Shown here: piece by piece, positions 24,175 to 37,024 of the stretch
Numbering within the stretch: the first letter of the stretch is position 1
Layout of the letters: each line of letters begins with the position of its first letter
NCBI RefSeq assembly: GCF_009834535.1
Contig: NC_045696.1
Location: forward strand, 98,334,001 to 98,398,000
From: Camelus ferus
Lineage: Eukaryota
Length of the DNA stretch: 64,000 nt
Direction of reading: 5' to 3'
Program-made: the position numbers and the translations under genes
Notes under the pieces: model-generated
What the model was told of the DNA's origin: nothing
Databases searched by the model: none
What the model saw: only the letters and a program-made list of their open reading frames with translations

Positions 24175-26068
24175 TGTGTTTAGTTAATTTCACATAATTC
24201 TGAATGAATTACATATGACATAAAGTCCAACAAGTACAAGATGATATGCCTCACTCCCATAAGCACTCAGTTCTCTTCCCTGGAGGCAATCACTGTTACT
24301 TATTTTGTGTGTGTAATTTTCTAGAGATTATAAATATAAACCTACACACACATATACCTGTATGTAAGCATTTGTAGAAAATGAATATGTGTGTATGTAT
24401 ATATATTTTTACACAATGCTTTTCTCAAAATATATTAATATAATTGTTTTAACAAATACTCACATATGCATAGTATCTGCATACTGTTCTTTTATATGGA
24501 TAAGTCTTAATTGATTTGGCTACTCCATAATTTATGAACCTTGGTTAATTTCAGCTCTTTTGCTGTTATAAATATTGGTGCAACAAATAGTCATGCACAG
24601 AAATCAGTTTTGAAATGTGTGTGTATATAAAACAAATTTTTTAAAGTGTGATTATTCAAATGGTATATGCATTTTGCATTATGTTTGATACTCCAAATTT
24701 CCTTGCATAGATGTTGCTTCAATTTACATGCCCATCACAAATGTATGAGAGTGCTGTTCCCTCATGCCCTTGTAACACAGGCTAGTGCTTTTTGATATCT
24801 GGCAATTAGCTAGGTAAAAAATTAGTTATCTCTTTTTAGTTTTAATTTGTATACCTCTGTTTTTATAAATGAAAATTGGCCATATTTTCATATATGTAAG
24901 AGCTGTTCAAATTTCTGTTCTCTGAATAGTTTGTCTGTTGCTGCTTTTGCTATTGGGTTGTTGATTTATTTGTAGGAGTTTCTAGCTTGGTAAATTACTT
25001 CTTTTCTGTGATGTGTTACAGATATTTTACCCATGTTTTCATATGCCTTTCACTACTGATAATGGTGTTTTTACCTAGATGTTTCAAACTTTTAAATAGT
25101 TGAAATTATCAGTCATTTCTTTCATGGCTTCTAGGTTTTGTATCACACTTGGAAAGGCCTTCAGTACTCTAAATCTATAAATACATTTTCTCATGTTTTA
25201 TACCTTTTATGGTTACACTTTTCACGTTTAAAATCTTAATCTACTTGAACTTTATTTTGATGTAAGAAGTAAGTGAGGATCAAATACTATCTTATTCTGG
25301 AGGGCTACCAGTGTTCCATTATCATTTTTGACAAATTATCATTTCCTCTTTGATACATAATGCTACTTTAATATACACCTATATAGGAATAAATTCACTT
25401 GGAATTTAGGTCTATTCCTGGCATATCAATTCTATTCCATTGACTTAGTCTTCTTTTATTTTATTTATTTTTCAGATTTTTAATTATTGTTTATTTTTCC
25501 ATATGAATGGAGAAATAAATTTCTCATTATAAAATTAGAAGTGATAGTAAATTTATTGAGATCATTAAATCTGTAGGTTAACAGAGGGGGAATTGATATC
25601 TTTATGATGTTCAGAGGCAGAAGGACTTCTGATGGGTATATAGCAACAGACTGCCAGACTACCTGTTCTTAAGTTCAGACTACCACTTACTAGCTTTGTG
25701 ATCTGGGGTAGTAAGTAAAGGTTTCTCTTTCTCTTCCTGAATGATTAAAAAAAAAAACAAAACCAAAAACAATAATAGTACTAACATCATAGAGCACTTA
25801 TAAAGATTATGAATTAATACACATAAAAGGCTTAGAACAACACATCATACTCACTATATTATAAATCTTATCAATATCATTGAATCTTCTATCCAAGAGA
25901 ATGAGATGACTTTGTATGTATTAAAGTCTCATTTTGTGTCCTTTATAACATTTTAAGCTCTTTTATTCAAATATATCTTTTTTTAAAATGTAGATCTCAC
26001 ATACTTCTTTTTATATTTATTCCTGGTCATTTTTTTTTTCCTTTTAGTGACTGTGGTAAATGGAAATT
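24175..26068 (-). mobile_element. Ancient L1 (L1ME-like) 3' end and ORF2; contains a MIR at about 25615-25870 and resumes at 32905-33190
   Basis: Antisense ORF2 motifs (tgtatgagagtgc, gaattgatatctttatgatgtt, gtaaatggaa); continuation ttgctgcttgtatat...taaataatagtgatgatagtg. Confidence 0.65.
25615..25872 (+). mobile_element. MIR
   Basis: accacttactagctttgtgatctgggg...aataatagtact...aaggcttagaaca. Confidence 0.7.
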
Positions 26069-29000
26069 AAAAAAAACTTACTGAGATAATGTATACAGTT
26101 ATCTTTTTGCATTGATTTAAAGTGTGCATTTGATACATTATAACAAATGTATATCATTGTATAACAACCACCAAAATTATAATATACGATAATTCTATCA
26201 CCTCCCAAAGTTCCCACGCCCCTCATTTCAGTCAATATTTTTCCCTCCCTTCAAGCCCTTTCCTTTGGCAGCCACTTACAGCTTTCTGTCTTCACAGTTT
26301 TGCTCTTTCTAGAATTTAGTATAAATGGAATTATATAGTACATCATTTTTTGTGTCTGACTTCTTTCATTCAGCATATTGTTTTTAAGATTCATCCATGC
26401 TGTTTACAGTAGTTATTTACTTTTTATTGCTGAATAGTATTCCATTTTATGGATGGGTATACAACAGCATTTTGTTTATTCATTCACCAGTTGATGGATA
26501 AGTGGATTGCTTCCAGTTCTATACTATTATGAATTAAGCTGCTCTGGTATGAACATTCAAGTACTATTTTTAGTTTGGAAATAAAATTTTATTTTTCTTG
26601 GATAAAGTCTTAGAATTGAGATTATTGGGTTGTATGATAAATGTATATTTTAATTTGAAAGAAATTGCTAAAATGTTTTCCAAATATGGCTGCATTATTT
26701 TTCATTTCTACCAGTAATATGTGAATACTCCAGTCTTCCTATATCCTCACCAACACTTGGTATTGTCAGCCTTTTAAATTTTAGCCAATATAGTGAGTAT
26801 GTAGTAGTAGTTCATTGTGATTCTAATTTGTATTTTCCTAATGACTAATGATGTTGAGTATCTTTTGTGTGCTTATCTGCTCACTTTTTAATTGAGTTAA
26901 TTTATTATTGAATTGTAAGAGTTTATATATTCTGGATATAGTTCTTTAACAGATAATTTTCTCTCAGTCTCTGCCTTGCCTTCTCATTTTCTTAACAGTC
27001 TCTTTTGAAGAACAAAAGTTTATAATTTTTATGAATCTCAAGATAAGAAATATTTGCCTAACCTAATGGCACAGAGATTTTCTTAAGTTTCCTTCTAGAA
27101 ATTTTACAGTTTTAGCTTTTATGTTTAGATCCATTTCTTTTTGAGTTCATTTTTTACATATAATGTAAAATTAGGGTCAAATTTCTTGGGGGTGGGTTTT
27201 GAGCATATGGACATCCAGTTTTTCCAGCACTATTTTTGTGAAGACTGTCCTTTTCCTCATTAAATTACTTGGCGTTTTTGTTGAAATCGATTAGCTATAT
27301 ATGTGTGTATGTCTGTTTCTGGGCTGTTCATTATAACCCCGTGATCTGTTTCTGTCCTTATCCCAGTACCAAACTATTTTGATTATTGTAGCTTTGTAAG
27401 TCTTCAAATTAGTGTATGTTTTCTAAATTTATTTTTTGAAATTATTTTGGCCATTCTAGTTCATCTGCTTTTCATATAAATTTCAGAATCAGTTTATTAA
27501 TATCATCAGAAAAATGCAAGGATGTCCACCCTATCTGTATTTTTACTAGAGATGTATCTATAGATCAATTCGACTGGGAATGCATTGAGAGATCAATTTG
27601 GGGAGAATTGACATCTTAAAATACTGGTTATTTTATTTATAAACCTGTTGTATCTCTGTATTTTTAGGTCTTCTTTAATTTCTCTTGGCATTGTTTTATA
27701 GTTTTTAGCATGCAATTCTTGCACATTTTATTAAAGTTATTCTTAAATATTTTATACTTGCAAGTGCTATTAAAAATGGAATTTAAAAATTTCAATCTAA
27801 GATTGCTTGTTGCTGATATAGAGAAACATAACCAACATTTGTAAATTGTACTTGTGCCATGTGACCCTGCTAACCTCAATTTTTTGTTCTAGTGCCTTTT
27901 TTTGTAGATTCCTTAGGGCCTTCTACATAGAAGGTTATGTTATCTGTGAATGGTTTTACCTCTTTCTTTCCAATTTGTGTCTAATTTTTTAAAATTGCCT
28001 TATTGCACTGGGCTGGACCTAGTATATACAGTGGTGAATAGATGTGCTAAAACTGGACATCCTTGAATTGTTTCTAATCTAGGTAGAAAACATTCAACTT
28101 ATCACAGTGAGGTAAGATGTTAGCTGTGGGTTGTTTGTAGATGTCTCTTATTGAGGTTGAGTTTCTGTTCCTAGTTTACTGACAGTTTTTATCATGACTG
28201 GATATTGAATTTTGTTAGATGTTTTTCTTTCATCTATCAAGATAATCATATACTTTTTCTTTTCTTTTTTTTTTTTTTTGTCTTTTAAATGGTGAGTTAC
28301 ATTGACTTTTGAATGTTAAGTCAACAGTACATTACCACGGTAAAACCCAATTCAACATAATATATGATCCTTTGTATATATTTCTGGATTCTAATTGCTT
28401 CAACTTTTTAAAGAATTTTTGTGTTTATGTTCATGAGGGGTATTTTCCATAGTTTACTTGTAATGTCTACCTGCACTTGGTATCAGGGTAATGTTGGCCT
28501 CATAAAATGAGTAAGGTAGTGTTTCCTCCTCTTCTGTTTCCTAGAAGCTTTAATGTAGACTTGGCATGACTCTTCTTTCAATGTTTGGGATAATTCATCA
28601 TTTAAACCATCTGGACCTAGATTTATCTTTGTGGGAAGTTTTTAAAATTTGAGTTAAATTTATTCAATAGGTATAGAGGTATTTATTCAGGTTATCTACT
28701 TCTTGAATGAGCTTTGGGGGGTTTTGATTTTTGAGACACTTCTAAATGATCAATTTAATTAGCATACAGTTTATCATAATGTTATACTATTATATTTTTG
28801 ATGTTTGTAAGATCTCTCTAGTGATGTCTGTTTTTAATTTCTGATGTTAGAAACTTGTCTATTTTCTCTGATCAGTCTGACTAGAAGTTTATGAATTTTA
28901 TTGATCTTTTTAAAGATCCAGGTTTTGATTGCATTGATTTTCCTTTTTCTGTTTTTAATTTTATTGACTTATTTTCTTATTTCCTTCCTTATACTTTGAC

Positions 29001-29685
29001 TGGATTTAATTTATTCTTCTACTGATTTCGTAAGGTAGAAATGTCTAGGTCGTCTAGTTCAATCCTTTTTTCTTTTAAATACAGGTGTTAAATAATATAC
29101 ATTTTCCTCAAACCACTGCTTTAACTTAACTCCACAAATTTTGATATATTATGTTTTTGTTTTCATTCAATGTCAAATTTTCTTAAATTTCCTTGTGAAT
29201 TTATCTTTGACTTTTGGGTTACTTAGAAGTGTCTTGTTTAATTTTCCAACATTCGGGAGATTTTCCAAATATCTTTCTCTCAGTCATCACTTTGGTTTAA
29301 TTCCATTTTGGACAATGAATATATTCTGCATGATTTCTATATTATTCATCAATTGTTCTTATTACCTAGAATACAGTTTTATTTTTTATTTGCGAATGTT
29401 TCATACGCACTTGGAAAGTATGTGTAGTCTGCAGTTATTGAGTTGAGTATTCTGTTAATGTCAGTTAAGGCAAGTTGGCTGATAGTAATGTTCAGGTCTT
29501 CTATGTTCTTGGTTTTCTGTCTGTAATCTGATAGTCTTTCTCTTTTAATTGGAGTGTTTATACCACTTGTGCTTTTTTTTTAATTCTGTAGAATTTTTAA
29601 TGACATGAGAAAATTATCACGATATAACACTAAGTGAAAAAAGAATTCAATAAATACAGTTGTGTATACAGTATACTCCTCATTT

Positions 29686-30572
29686 TGTGTACACAGAGTT
29701 CCCAGCTGGAGCTTAGGCAATATTTACCCTTAGGATTGAGACATGTCTGGAAATGGTGGGTGGAATGGTGGGAGGAGTCCAGCGGAATTGTTCTTGAAGA
29801 GAAGTTTCAGCTTCAGGAGGGAGGGAGCCAGGCAGACAAGTTTAACCAAACACAGTGCCTCATACATAGGCAGGGCAGGGGCTATTCTGAGGGAGGCAGG
29901 ATGCCTGTTACTCGGTTCATAAGAGACTCAGAATGTATCTGAGCCAGGAGAGGAGGTCCTACGGTTTAGATTATGTTACTGTGTAGCAACCTACCCCCAA
30001 ATTTCGTGGCTTAAAACAGCAATTTATTCTTTTCATTCATGATTCTGTGAACTAACTGGGCTCAGCAGGGCAGTCTTCTCTCAGGGTCTCTTACATGGTT
30101 GCAGTCAAGTGGGGTTTGGGCTGGAGTCACCTGATGGCTTGACTCTCTGGAAATCCAAGATGGTGCACTCATATGCCTGGTGCTGACTGTAGGAACACCT
30201 ACATGTGGACCCTCTGTAAGGCTTCTCATCCTATGATGGCCGGGCTCTGAGAGGAAGCAGGCCAAGAATGAGCATTCCGAGAGACACAGGTAGAAGTGGC
30301 AAACCTTGTTATGACCTAATCTTAGAAGTCCCAGAACATGCTTTAGGATACATCCTATTGGTAGTAAGTCACTAGGACCAGCCCCGATTCAAAGGGTAGC
30401 GGATTCGATTTCACCTCTTGATGTGAGGGGCAGCAGGTGCCTGCAGGGAAAGAAGGAGTTGATGGTGGCCATCTTTCAAGCCTATTTACCACAGCTGTTT
30501 TCAACAAAGGGCTCTAGTAGACATTGCTACATAGGACCTAAAGCAGGGCTGTTTGTACCCCAAAGTATAAAC
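29686..30572. mobile_element. Probable ancient LTR (possibly Gypsy-like), split by an MLT1
   Basis: GC-richer non-L1 block with TG...CA ends on either side of the MLT1; family tentative. Confidence 0.3.
29965..30493 (-). mobile_element. MaLR MLT1 (F/G/H-like) solo LTR
   Basis: ccccaaatttcgtggcttaaaacagcaatttatt...ctgggctcagcaggg...tccaagatgg...ggtggccatcttt...taccaca. Confidence 0.8.
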
Positions 30573-32307
30573 ATGAATCCCATTTGTGTTTAAAATCATT
30601 ATCAGTATTTTTCTATTTAAATCCACCCTTCCACTTTCTGTCTACTTTATCTGATCTACTTTATTTGATATTAATATAACCATTCTTTCTTTTGATTAGT
30701 ATTTTATGGTATATCTTTTTTTACCCTTTAAATTTTACCCTGTTTCTTTATATTTATAGAGACTTATTGTAGACAGTGCATATTTGGGTTTTTAAAAAAA
30801 ATCTGAGAATCTGTCTTTTAATTGGGCATGTTTCAGCTATCCACATTTAGTGCAATTTCCGCCATCATTGGTTTTAAATCCATTTTACTATTCTTTTTCT
30901 ATTTGTCCCATCATCTTTCCTCTGTTTTTCTTATTTTTCTCCATTATTTTCTACTATTCTATAAAGAGTTAAGTTTTATTCCTTTTTCAAATTCAATTTT
31001 ATTATCACTATTTTCTTCTTACTTATACTTAAATTTTTTAGTGTTTGCACTAGGGGTTAGAATGTATATCTTTAACTTATCACTATTTACCTTCAAATAA
31101 AATTATTCTGCTTCACATATAGTGTAACAACCTTAAAACAATATACTTCTATACACCTTTTTGTCTTTTGTGCTTCTGTTGTGATAAATTTGTCTTCTTA
31201 AATGCTATAAACTGCACAATACATTCATGTTATTTTTGCTTGAAATAGTCAATTATCTTTTAAAGAGATTTTTAAATGAGGAAAAAATATTTAAGTGTGG
31301 TCACATATGTGCCACGTATTTGTAATTTCTAGCACCCTTCATGACTTTCTGTAGACAAGATTTCCATCTGTTATAATTCATCTGGCATGAATTCTTCTTT
31401 AAATATTTTTTTTATATATCCTTTACCACTTCTCTCCTCCTTCTGGGATTCCAATTACACTGTTTGATATTTTCCCACAGGTTGCTAGTCATTTTTTTTT
31501 CATTTATTTTTCTCGTGATTCCACATGTTTTATCCATATGCTTTCAAGCTCTTTTCCTCCCTGTCTTGTAGAATGTGCTATTTATTCCAGTTTAGTGTAT
31601 TTCATTTCAGAGATTGCATTTTCATCTCTAAATATTCTGTTTGGGTCTTTTATATCTTCTATTTCTCTGGTCATCGTGATATGTTTTTCATATCCGTCTT
31701 GAAAATATGGATCATATCCATAATGCTGTTTTATCAGCTGTATCTGCTAATTTTTTCTATCATTTCTTGTTCTGTTTTTATTGATTGATTTTTTTAAAAA
31801 TCTTGGTTATGGTTTGTATTTTCCAGCTTCTCTGCATGCTTGGTAATTTTGGATTGGATGCTGAGTACTGTGAATATTCCATTCTTGAGGCTAGATTTTT
31901 CTCATATGTCTTAAAAATGTATTGGATTTTGCTCAGTGAGGCAGTTAAATTAGTTGAGTCAGTTGGATCTTTTCAAGACTTGCTTTTAAAGTTTTGTTAA
32001 GGTAGTTCCAAATCAGCCTTAATCTAGGACTAATTTAATCTCGCTACTAGGTCTATATCCTTCTTACTACTCTACCTGATGCCTCATATATTGAAAGCTC
32101 TCACTCTGGCTGGTGATCTTATTCCAAGTCCTGTATCATCTCCAGAAATTATTCTGCCTGCTGTTTTCCATGGATTCTGTCTTCAGTCCCAAATAGCTTC
32201 TTCTCATGGATATGCAGAGCAATACTTAGCTGTAGACTGAGGAAATCTGTAAATCTCCAATGTTCTCTTTTGCATAGGTCCTACTTCTTTGATATTCTGC
32301 TCTTCCC

Positions 32308-32598
32308 CCTCAGTTTTATTGAGATATAATTTACATACATTACAAGTTTAAGGTATACAGAATAATGGTTTGACTTACACACATTGTGAAATGATTACCA
32401 CAATAAGTTTAGTTAGCATCCATCATCTCATATAGGTACAATAAAAATAAAGTTTGTTTCTTGTGATGAGCTCTCTTAGGATTTGCTCCCTTACCAAAGT
32501 TCACAGACATCATACAGCAGTGTTAACTATAGTCATCATATTGTGTGTTACATCCCTCATACTTACTTATCTTATATCTGGAAATTAGTATCTTTTGA
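32308..32598 (-). mobile_element. L1MA9-like 3' end nested in the older L1
   Basis: cagttttattgagatataa...aagtttaaggtataca...gaaatgattaccacaataagtt; reverse complement resembles 58630-58920. Confidence 0.8.
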
Positions 32599-34577
32599 AA
32601 ATTGCTGGTGTCTCAGTCTCCCCACACTCTCATTTCTGTCTCTTCAAATAAGTGAAATGACTAGGATCTGTTTGGGTTGCCCCTCTTTGCACCGCAGTCT
32701 GCAAGATTCCTCCATACAGTAAGCTGGTGCATTTGTAGGGCCCAGCTTAGCCAACTTCTGTCAGGGATCACAGTCTTGGTCTGATGCTGTCTATTGTCTG
32801 ACATGTGAAAACTGGTTTTGTGTATAGCGAGGGATTTTTCTGGTTGTTTAATGTAAGAGGCTAAATCCTGTCGCTGTTATTCCATCTCTTCTGGAAGTAT
32901 AAGTATGGATTCCTCTATTTTATTAAAACAGGTAAATGATTGCTGCTTGTATATGAATAATTTTGGTATTTGCCCAGTAATGTCATACCTACCAATCTTA
33001 CATTATTCTCTTATTTTGGCAATAGATTTTTAATCAATTAGGGTTTTCCTAGTACATTGTCCTACCATAGACAATATTGCCTACATTTTTCTAATTTTAT
33101 ACCTTTTCTTTTTTTCTTTTATTTAATCACATTGGATAACACTTCCACTAATATTAAATAATAGTGATGATAGTGCATAATCCATGTCTTTATGTGTATT
33201 TATATATCTAATTAGTGTCAAATATTTTCGACATGAATTCTGAGTATATACAATCTGCTAACTAAAATGGTACTTTTTTGTTTTCTTAAAACTACCATTA
33301 AATTTCAAGCTAACTGAATAAGTATTTGATAATGATACTTTGTGCCTCATCCTTAGGCACCACTTGAACCAAAAAAAGAAAAAGCTTCATTTTTCTTTCA
33401 TCCAAATATTTCTAACTGTAATCTTTACAAAACACGCCTTCTTCTTTTCTGTTATTGTACTTTTTTCACAGGATATTTGTAAAAATCCAGTATTAAACAA
33501 ATTAAAATTTATTTCAAGACTTTTCTAATTATGCGTAGCTTATTGTTGTTTTAAAAGATAATTTTAGAGAACAATTTATAATAGCACCTAGATCCTTTTG
33601 GGGACTGCAATTGAGAGTTCAGAGCCTGTTAAAGGGTTTTAAACAATTTTTACTATTTAGTTCAATTTTTTTTGGTCTTAAACCTACCCTTACAGAAACT
33701 CACCAGCCTCTTGTTTGCTCTTCTTTCATACAACTTCATAACATGATATATTGAGGTTGCTTTTTACTCCCGAAAGGTCTTTTATCTTTGTGATTGGTAA
33801 CCCTTCTCCTGGATCAGTTGGACCAAGGAATCTTCCTGGCATATACTGTGCCTTCAGGTAGCCTCCACCTGACTTCTCCTTCAGTGATTCTCGATGTCTT
33901 GGATAAACTTGCAATATCTTGGATATAGAACAATTTAATTATGATTATAATGTTGCAAATATTTACCTTGTTTTGGGTTTATTTTCACATTTGCAACCTG
34001 TTTCATTTACTTTTTGAAATATTATTTTCTTGTTTCCTGTTGGAAAAAAATCACTAATTCTGTTTAAAAGAGGTAAAAGACAAAATCTGAATAAATGAAA
34101 TTTTAGATTTTGTGGAAAAAAACAAATATAATTTTATTATCAAGTATATAGTAATTCCAATAGTAGCAAACAATGGATTACAACTTGCAGTCTTTGAGGG
34201 AACTATTTAAGGAGGAGATAAAAATAATTAAAGTACTCATTTGTAAGTAGGTTCTACAAAAATGATGAAAGTATTTTGGCTTCTTAAATAGATTATGCTT
34301 GCTTGCTCAGAAGTTGTTTTTTTACATTTACTTCATTATAGAAATTAAACATCAAAACAACCCTAATATTATAAATGGTTATGTATCTGACCTTACAAAT
34401 GGTTAAAAAAGGAAAAAGAATGGGGCTTAATGGCATGAATCTACAACTATACAGTTAATCTTTCGTTCTATGATAACACAGTCTACAAACTGCTTTTTGG
34501 TTGGTATGTCAGTAAAGAGGAGAAAAATATTTTAGTCCCAACAAATTTTGACAATAGTGTAATCATTCAATAAATAC

Positions 34578-35062
34578 TGTGGTAGAATGCATCACTGGCC
34601 CAAATTCTCTTCTCTCTTTGAGTCTGTGGCCTTTGTCACATAGCTTTTCGTTGTTCTTCCCCTTGGACTCTGGGCTCAGCAATGTGGTTTTCTTTGGCCA
34701 ATGGAGATTAGAAGATTTGATACAGCAGAGGATTGGATGGAATGTCCTTATTTCCACTCTGGCCATTGCTGTGGGAACATTCTGGGGTAGCCTTATAGAG
34801 GATCAGAGACGTGGAATAACCCCACCCAGAGGTAGTTAAGTAAGCCAGACAAAGTACAGATGTGAATGAACCTAGTCACTGCCAACCTATAGCAGCTGGC
34901 CAACCTAGCCAGCCAACCCTAGATGAGTAAGTGAGCTATTTAGATCCGCAGAGCCACCTAATGGACACCTCAGATGTGTGAGCAATAAGTGCTTGTTTTA
35001 TGTCACTAAGGTTTTCTTGTTGCTTGCTTTGTAGCATTATTGTGGCGATAGGTAACTGATGT
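34578..35062 (+). mobile_element. MaLR MLT1 (G/H-like) solo LTR
   Basis: tgtggtagaatgc...gactctgggctcagcaatgtg...tttggccaatgg...gcattattgtggcgataggtaactgat. Confidence 0.8.
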
Positions 35063-35361
35063 TCCCATTAAATGAACAAATCTTATCTGAATGCTTTTAT
35101 TATCTCACATTACATTTATTAACTTTCTAAATAGAGGAAACTTGAGGTCCAGAAGTCAGCTTCTTGATATCTTATATCTCCACCTGCCTTGACCATCTTA
35201 CTCCACACTCTAGTGAATTTTCAGCATAATTGTCATCTAATTCTATCAAACTTTTACATTTGCTTATTTTAAACTTGTGGTATTAAATTCTAATAGTTTT
35301 TGAAAGATTCTCTTTGGAGCTCTTAATTCTTATGGCCACCTTGTTGTATCTTTTTGAACAG

Positions 35362-35399
35362 ACATTGATAAAGTGATACACTACTTTAAAATTACTCAG
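35362..35399 (+). other. Candidate 38-nt internal exon, single open frame (x)IDKVIHYFKITQ, gene unknown
   Basis: Acceptor ttgttgtatctttttgaacag and consensus donor CAG|GTAAGT in non-repeat DNA. Confidence 0.35.
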
Positions 35400-36469
35400 G
35401 TAAGTTTATAACTGAAATTGAATTGATGTAAAAAATATCTATACATGCAAACACGAAACACATACATATTTATATGGATAGACAATTAAAATTATGCTAA
35501 ACAGACTATACTTTTTTGCTTTCAAAAACGTTGCCATTTTTGCAACTTTAATTATTTTATACAATTCCTTCACGCAATAAAGAGAATCAACCTTTGCTAA
35601 GAGAATCTAACCTTGCATTTTCTTTTTTTCTCCCTTTAATAGCAAATATGCAATCTCAACATTACATTAACATAGATTTTTGCATTTAATATGCAATAAA
35701 GTGAGTTGGTAAACATTAAATTGTAACAGTGATAAGCATTTAATGTAGTTAAATATGGCAAAACAAATCAGTACTTGGTTCTTAATTGATTTTGATTGTA
35801 TTGTGTAGACAATCTCATTGGATTATATGTTCATTATGGAAAAGAAAGCAAAATCAAAACAAACAAATCAGCCCTCCAGTGTTTTCAGCCCTTGTATCCA
35901 TCCACATGCATTCTCCAGTGTGAATATTAAAGGGAATTAATTTTGAGCCACTGACACTAATAGATGTCATTTCCTTAAGAATCTGTTTAGTTACCCTGAA
36001 ATGAAGAAATAATTTGAAAAAATTCTGACGCAGATCAACTAGTAGCAAAAGATGTCCTAATGTTTTCAAAATTATGATTCAAAGAGACATAGTTCAGTAT
36101 ACTGACAATACTGAAGCACATTTAGAGAACTGTTCAAGTGTTTAATATATAGCCATGTGTATTTCCCTGTCTGTGTATATTTGTGTTACCTGAAAAAGTG
36201 TGAGCACCAAGCAAGAATGGAAATTTCAAGATATCAGTTCAAAATAATGGAGTGACTTTGCTGGCTCTAAGAGGATTTAAAGAAGACATATTTTCATTCT
36301 AAATAAGTGTTTTTTTAAAAACTGGGAATAACATCAATGAATACTATCTGATTACTTTGATATTGAATGTATACATAAGGTAGAATTTCAGTGGAGCAAA
36401 AATAAAAGTGCAAAAAATTTAAGAATTACTTGTCATTTTATTGTTCATTTCTTTAAGCTAAAATACCAG

Positions 36470-37024
36470 GTTGTCTGATTATCGTGAGGTCAGTTTCCCT
36501 AGCTCAGAACCGAAGTTGGAGATTCTTATGCAAATGAAGTTGTTTCCTTCCTTCCCTCTTTCCTTCCTTCTTTTTTTCCTTCCTTCCTTCCTCCCTTCCT
36601 TCTTTCTTTTTTCCTTTGGACATAATCTCAGGAAAAAAAATGTAAACAGGTGACAAAAGTTGTATAGAATAGCGCAGATAAAGAAGCTAAGAAAGAATAT
36701 GATTTTAGCAGAAGTCTATGCTCAGCCTGACTCCACAGGTAGCTCTAGAGTATGAATGGTACCCCAGACTGTCTCATTAAGACAAACTGAATTTTGTAGC
36801 CTGTATCAATTATTGGCTGCAGGCTAAGCTCCTCCCCAGGTGGGTGGGAATTTCCATAACCACAAAGATATCTCTGGGAAAGGGGTCTCCATTTGGCCCA
36901 GCACAATTACTATCAGGAGGAGGGGGCAGCTGTGTGCCAATGTAGCCAAAACTTACAGCAAGTGGGGGAGGGGTACAGTGGCAGGTAAGGGGGTCTGGGA
37001 ATGGAATTAATGGTGTCTGCTACA
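36470..37024 (-). mobile_element. ERVL solo LTR (LTR16-like)
   Basis: tcagtttccctag...ggagattcttatgcaa; cagcctgactccacaggtagctctagag; attggctgcaggct; ends tctgctaca. Confidence 0.65.
36543..36617. repeat. (TTCC)n-like microsatellite
   Basis: Read directly. Confidence 0.85.

Larger units (their letters stand above)
26069..32903 (-). mobile_element. Long old L1 (L1MC/MD-like) from 3'UTR through ORF2 and ORF1 to the 5' end, with deletions and nested insertions
   Basis: Continuous antisense ORF2 motifs over 26400-29520 (ggggagaattgacatctt, ttggtatcagggtaatgttggcctcataaaatgag, ccatctggacctag); ORF1/5' motifs over 30655-32900. Confidence 0.8.

Noticed and set aside
29141..32000. Hydrophobic membrane-protein-like ORFs
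   Set aside because: Translations of T-rich antisense L1
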